From positions 74,208,943-74,244,551 of the forward strand of contig NC_068990.1 in the NCBI RefSeq assembly GCF_001194135.2: a stretch of 35,609 nt of DNA. The letters are read 5' to 3'. The translations under genes and the position numbers were made by a program. Positions 33,183 to 35,609 of the stretch are shown here, piece after piece. Source of the DNA: Octopus bimaculoides (taxonomy: Eukaryota). The notes beneath the pieces are model-generated. The model saw only the letters and a list, made by a program, of their open reading frames with translations. It searched no databases and was not told where the DNA came from. Numbering within the stretch: position 1 is the first letter of the stretch; the number at the start of each line of letters is the position of its first letter.

Positions 33183-33691
33183 TGTAGCTGGGAAGTTAAC
33201 CCTATGATGGATCTGTGTCCCATTTGATGGAGGAAGTTTGTATCATAATCTCAGTCACTTATATGCTGTGAAAATTCAGTTAAATTCTAACTTTGTGAAT
33301 CTTTGGGATCATGACTGACCCTAACTTAACTGGTACTATATTCTATTGACCCCCAGCATTGCCACCAACAAAGTTGAAAGGCAACATTGACTTTGACAGG
33401 ATTTGAACCCTAGATACAAAGGACACTTGCTAGTTACAGTGCTTTAACAATTCTACAAATCCATTACCATGGTAACAAATTATAATAATTTTTATCTGTC
33501 TCTCTCTCTCTCTATCCCATCTTTCTCTTTTTCTCTCACTATCTCACTTGTTGCTCATATGTGACCACCATCCATCATTCTTTTCTTCACATGACTGTCT
33601 TACTTTTCCTGCATGGACATTTAAAAGAGCAGAGGTGTTTTTCACTCTATCATCTATCTTTTCTCTTTTCAAAAAAATGTTTTTTTCCCAG

Positions 33692-33818
33692 CATTTACTA
33701 TTTTCCTCTCATCCTGTGTCACTGTCTACTGGTTGCATCCCTAGGACTTTTTGCATATACCATCTGCAAATTACATAACTATGAGCTTCCTGAAACAGCT
33801 GTCAAGTTAATAGATTAT
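33692..33818 (+). CDS. Candidate exon, phase 2->0 (IYYFPLILCHCLLVASLGLFAYTICKLHNYELPETAVKLIDY), TM-like stretch
   Basis: Acceptor TGTTTTTTTCCCAG|C and donor TAT|GTAATT; 42 open codons; phase-compatible with 27669-27788. Confidence 0.4.
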
Positions 33819-34166
33819 GTAATTTCTTCTTGCTGTTCTGTATATTTTTATGCTCTACATGTATATATTTGCATATATATGTATGTGTTTATATGTGCAT
33901 GTGTGTGCGTATATACATGCACACACACGCACACACACACACACACACACACATATAATGATAATTTATGAAGTAACCAGAAGATTGATTTGGTCATTAT
34001 CTCAGCTAAAACTGCAGAGTTCCTGAAGTAGATCCAACAGAAATATATCCCGACTGCAGATGACACCAGGTAGCCCAAACTGTGCCAATGTTCTACTCAA
34101 CACTTCAACACACTAATTGACATATACCCATTAGTCCAAAACATTAAATATATATATGTGTATATA

Positions 34167-34600
34167 TCATCATCATCATCATCATCATCATCGTCAACCT
34201 TTAATGTCCATTGATCATGTGGCATGGGTTGGCTGGTTTGACAGGACCTGGCAAGATCAGGGGTTGTACCAGGTTCCTTAGTTTGTTTTGGCTTGATATC
34301 TATGGCTGGATGCTCTTCCTAAACCCAGCCACTTGACAGAATGTACTGGGCGCTTTTAATGTGGCCCCATCACCATTGGTTTTACATAGCACCAGCATTC
34401 ACACCAATGCATTTTATGTAGCACCTCGGTTTTAGGATCTCAGCTCTGTTATAGTGGGTGTGAAGCAATGCATTACATATCTAGGTCCTCTGTAATCCCT
34501 GTGATAAGGCTCAGCTATTTGAGGTCAGCCTTCAATACTTTGTCTCCATCTCTTCCTGGTCTTCCTTTTCCACAGCTTAAATCCACTTTAAGTGATTGGC
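34167..34600 (-). mobile_element. RTE-clade LINE 3' remnant: ORF2 C-terminus plus the family R tail
   Basis: Minus frame CGKGRPGRDGDKVLKADLK*LSL...TEDLDM resembles the RTE C-terminus GRGRP.KTW...VK.DL..L.L....DR..W; continues into the family R 3' UTR and (ATG)n. Confidence 0.7.
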
Positions 34601-34626
34601 ACCATGTTCTTCTTTCTGAATATGTG

Positions 34627-34720
34627 TACTTGGCAGAACTTGAACTCAGGACATAAGGACAGATGAAATGCCACTAAACATTTTATCTAGCATGTAAATT
34701 ATTCTACCAGCTCACTTCCT
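34627..34720 (-). mobile_element. SINE family A head, degenerate
   Basis: GGCAGAACTTGAACTCAGGAC...GATGAAATGCCACTAAACATTTT...TTCTACCAGCTCAC. Confidence 0.65.
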
Positions 34721-34738
34721 TTTTGTAAAAACAGAGAA

Positions 34739-35118
34739 CTGGCACTCTGTCGCTTATGACGTCGAGGGTTCCAGTTGATCCGATCAACGGAACAGCCTGC
34801 TCGTGAAATTAACATGCAAGTGGCTGAGCACTCCACAGACACGTGTACCCTTAATGTAGTTCTCGGGGATATTCAGTGTGACACAGTGTGACAAGGCTGA
34901 CCCTTTGAATTACAGGCACACCAGAAACAGGAAGTAAGAGTGAGAGAAAGCTGTGGTGAAAGAGTACAGCAGGGTTCGCCACCATCCCCTGTCGGTACGT
35001 CGCGGAGCTTTTAGGTGTTTTCACTCAATAAACACGCACAACGCCCAGTCTAGGAATCGAAACCGCGATCCTATGACCACGAGTCCACTGCCCTAACCAC
35101 TGGGCCATTGCACCTCCA
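34739..35118 (-). mobile_element. tRNA-derived SINE family C, intact
   Basis: Minus-strand head GTGGAGGTGCAATGGCCCAGTGGTTAGGGCAGTGGACTCGTGGTCATAGGATCGCGGTTTCGATTCC (A and B boxes); TGTAAAA on both flanks is a possible TSD. Confidence 0.9.
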
Positions 35119-35262
35119 CCTGTAAAATCATACTAATAGCAAAACAGCAACCTAAAATGATAGCAGCTTTTTCAATATGTATTGTACACTTTTAAATTCC
35201 TGTTCTATTCTTCTTTAATTCTATTTTGTGAAAACAAATACAAGAATTCTCAATCTTTTCAG

Positions 35263-35280
35263 GTTTGCCAAATTTATAAG
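35263..35280 (+). CDS. Candidate 18-nt micro-exon (VCQIYK in phase 0)
   Basis: Acceptor TTCTCAATCTTTTCAG|G and donor AAG|GTAAAC; in phase after 33692-33818. Confidence 0.3.
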
Positions 35281-35541
35281 GTAAACGGAAAAATAAAAAA
35301 GAATGTCTGCTTTTATATAAATATACCAAATTTTTCTTACCTTATTGTATTTGGAATTCCCAATAAACACAAGCTTCAGATTTTTAATCTGAAACACAAA
35401 ATATACGTTTTCTGCAAATTCTGCATTATTTTCATAAGCCTTATTATTTGTCATTCAGGAGGGATAATCTGAAAATGATAAATGTATAAAATCAGAATAG
35501 GCATATTCTTTTAGTTATGAAATTAAAACATTCATTTTTTC

Positions 35542-35544
<3 letters not shown>

Positions 35545-35609
<65 letters not shown>
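35545..35609. repeat. (TA)n(GT)n microsatellite at the window end
   Basis: Directly visible. Confidence 0.98.

Noticed and set aside
33990-34115. Minus-frame LAQFGLPGVICSRD resembling the LTR integrase motif FG.P..I.SD
   Set aside because: The similarity is too short, is flanked by stops, and has no other integrase motif nearby.
35045-35118. tRNA gene (also the SINE A and B heads)
   Set aside because: A and B boxes are present, but each continues into a SINE body and I could not form a complete cloverleaf with an acceptor stem.

Overview
AT-rich eukaryotic genomic DNA saturated with microsatellites and interspersed repeats. The repeat families (three tRNA-headed SINE families, an RTE-LINE 3'-tail family with (ATG)n tails, TTAA-flanked piggyBac-type MITEs, mariner remnants, a Penelope-like element) resemble what I recall from Octopus; that assignment is inference and was not searched. 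There are no rRNA, tRNA or CRISPR loci and no intact transposase or reverse transcriptase. Four assembly gaps (891-995, 16042-16338, 26210-26525, 28602-29332) each abut a (TA)n tract. Nearly all ORFs in the track are microsatellite or N artefacts. Several short, open, GT-AG-bounded + strand segments may be exons of one unidentified gene, but this is unproven. The best-supported unusual signal is a recurring fold-back / local template-switch scar: (1) a ~210-bp inverted copy captured from 2 kb away, with perfect hairpins at both junctions (19232-19485); (2) a ~190-bp direct copy captured from 3.3 kb away into a SINE (10059-10250); (3) a mariner transposase ending in a 26-bp fold-back (25528-25585); (4) head-to-head Penelope GIY-YIG copies whose inner 100 bp are a perfect palindrome while the outer arms have diverged (6176-6401). 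The Penelope 3' region also carries a tRNA-like Pol III promoter followed by a possible decayed hammerhead ribozyme. I cannot demonstrate a new biological system from sequence alone.
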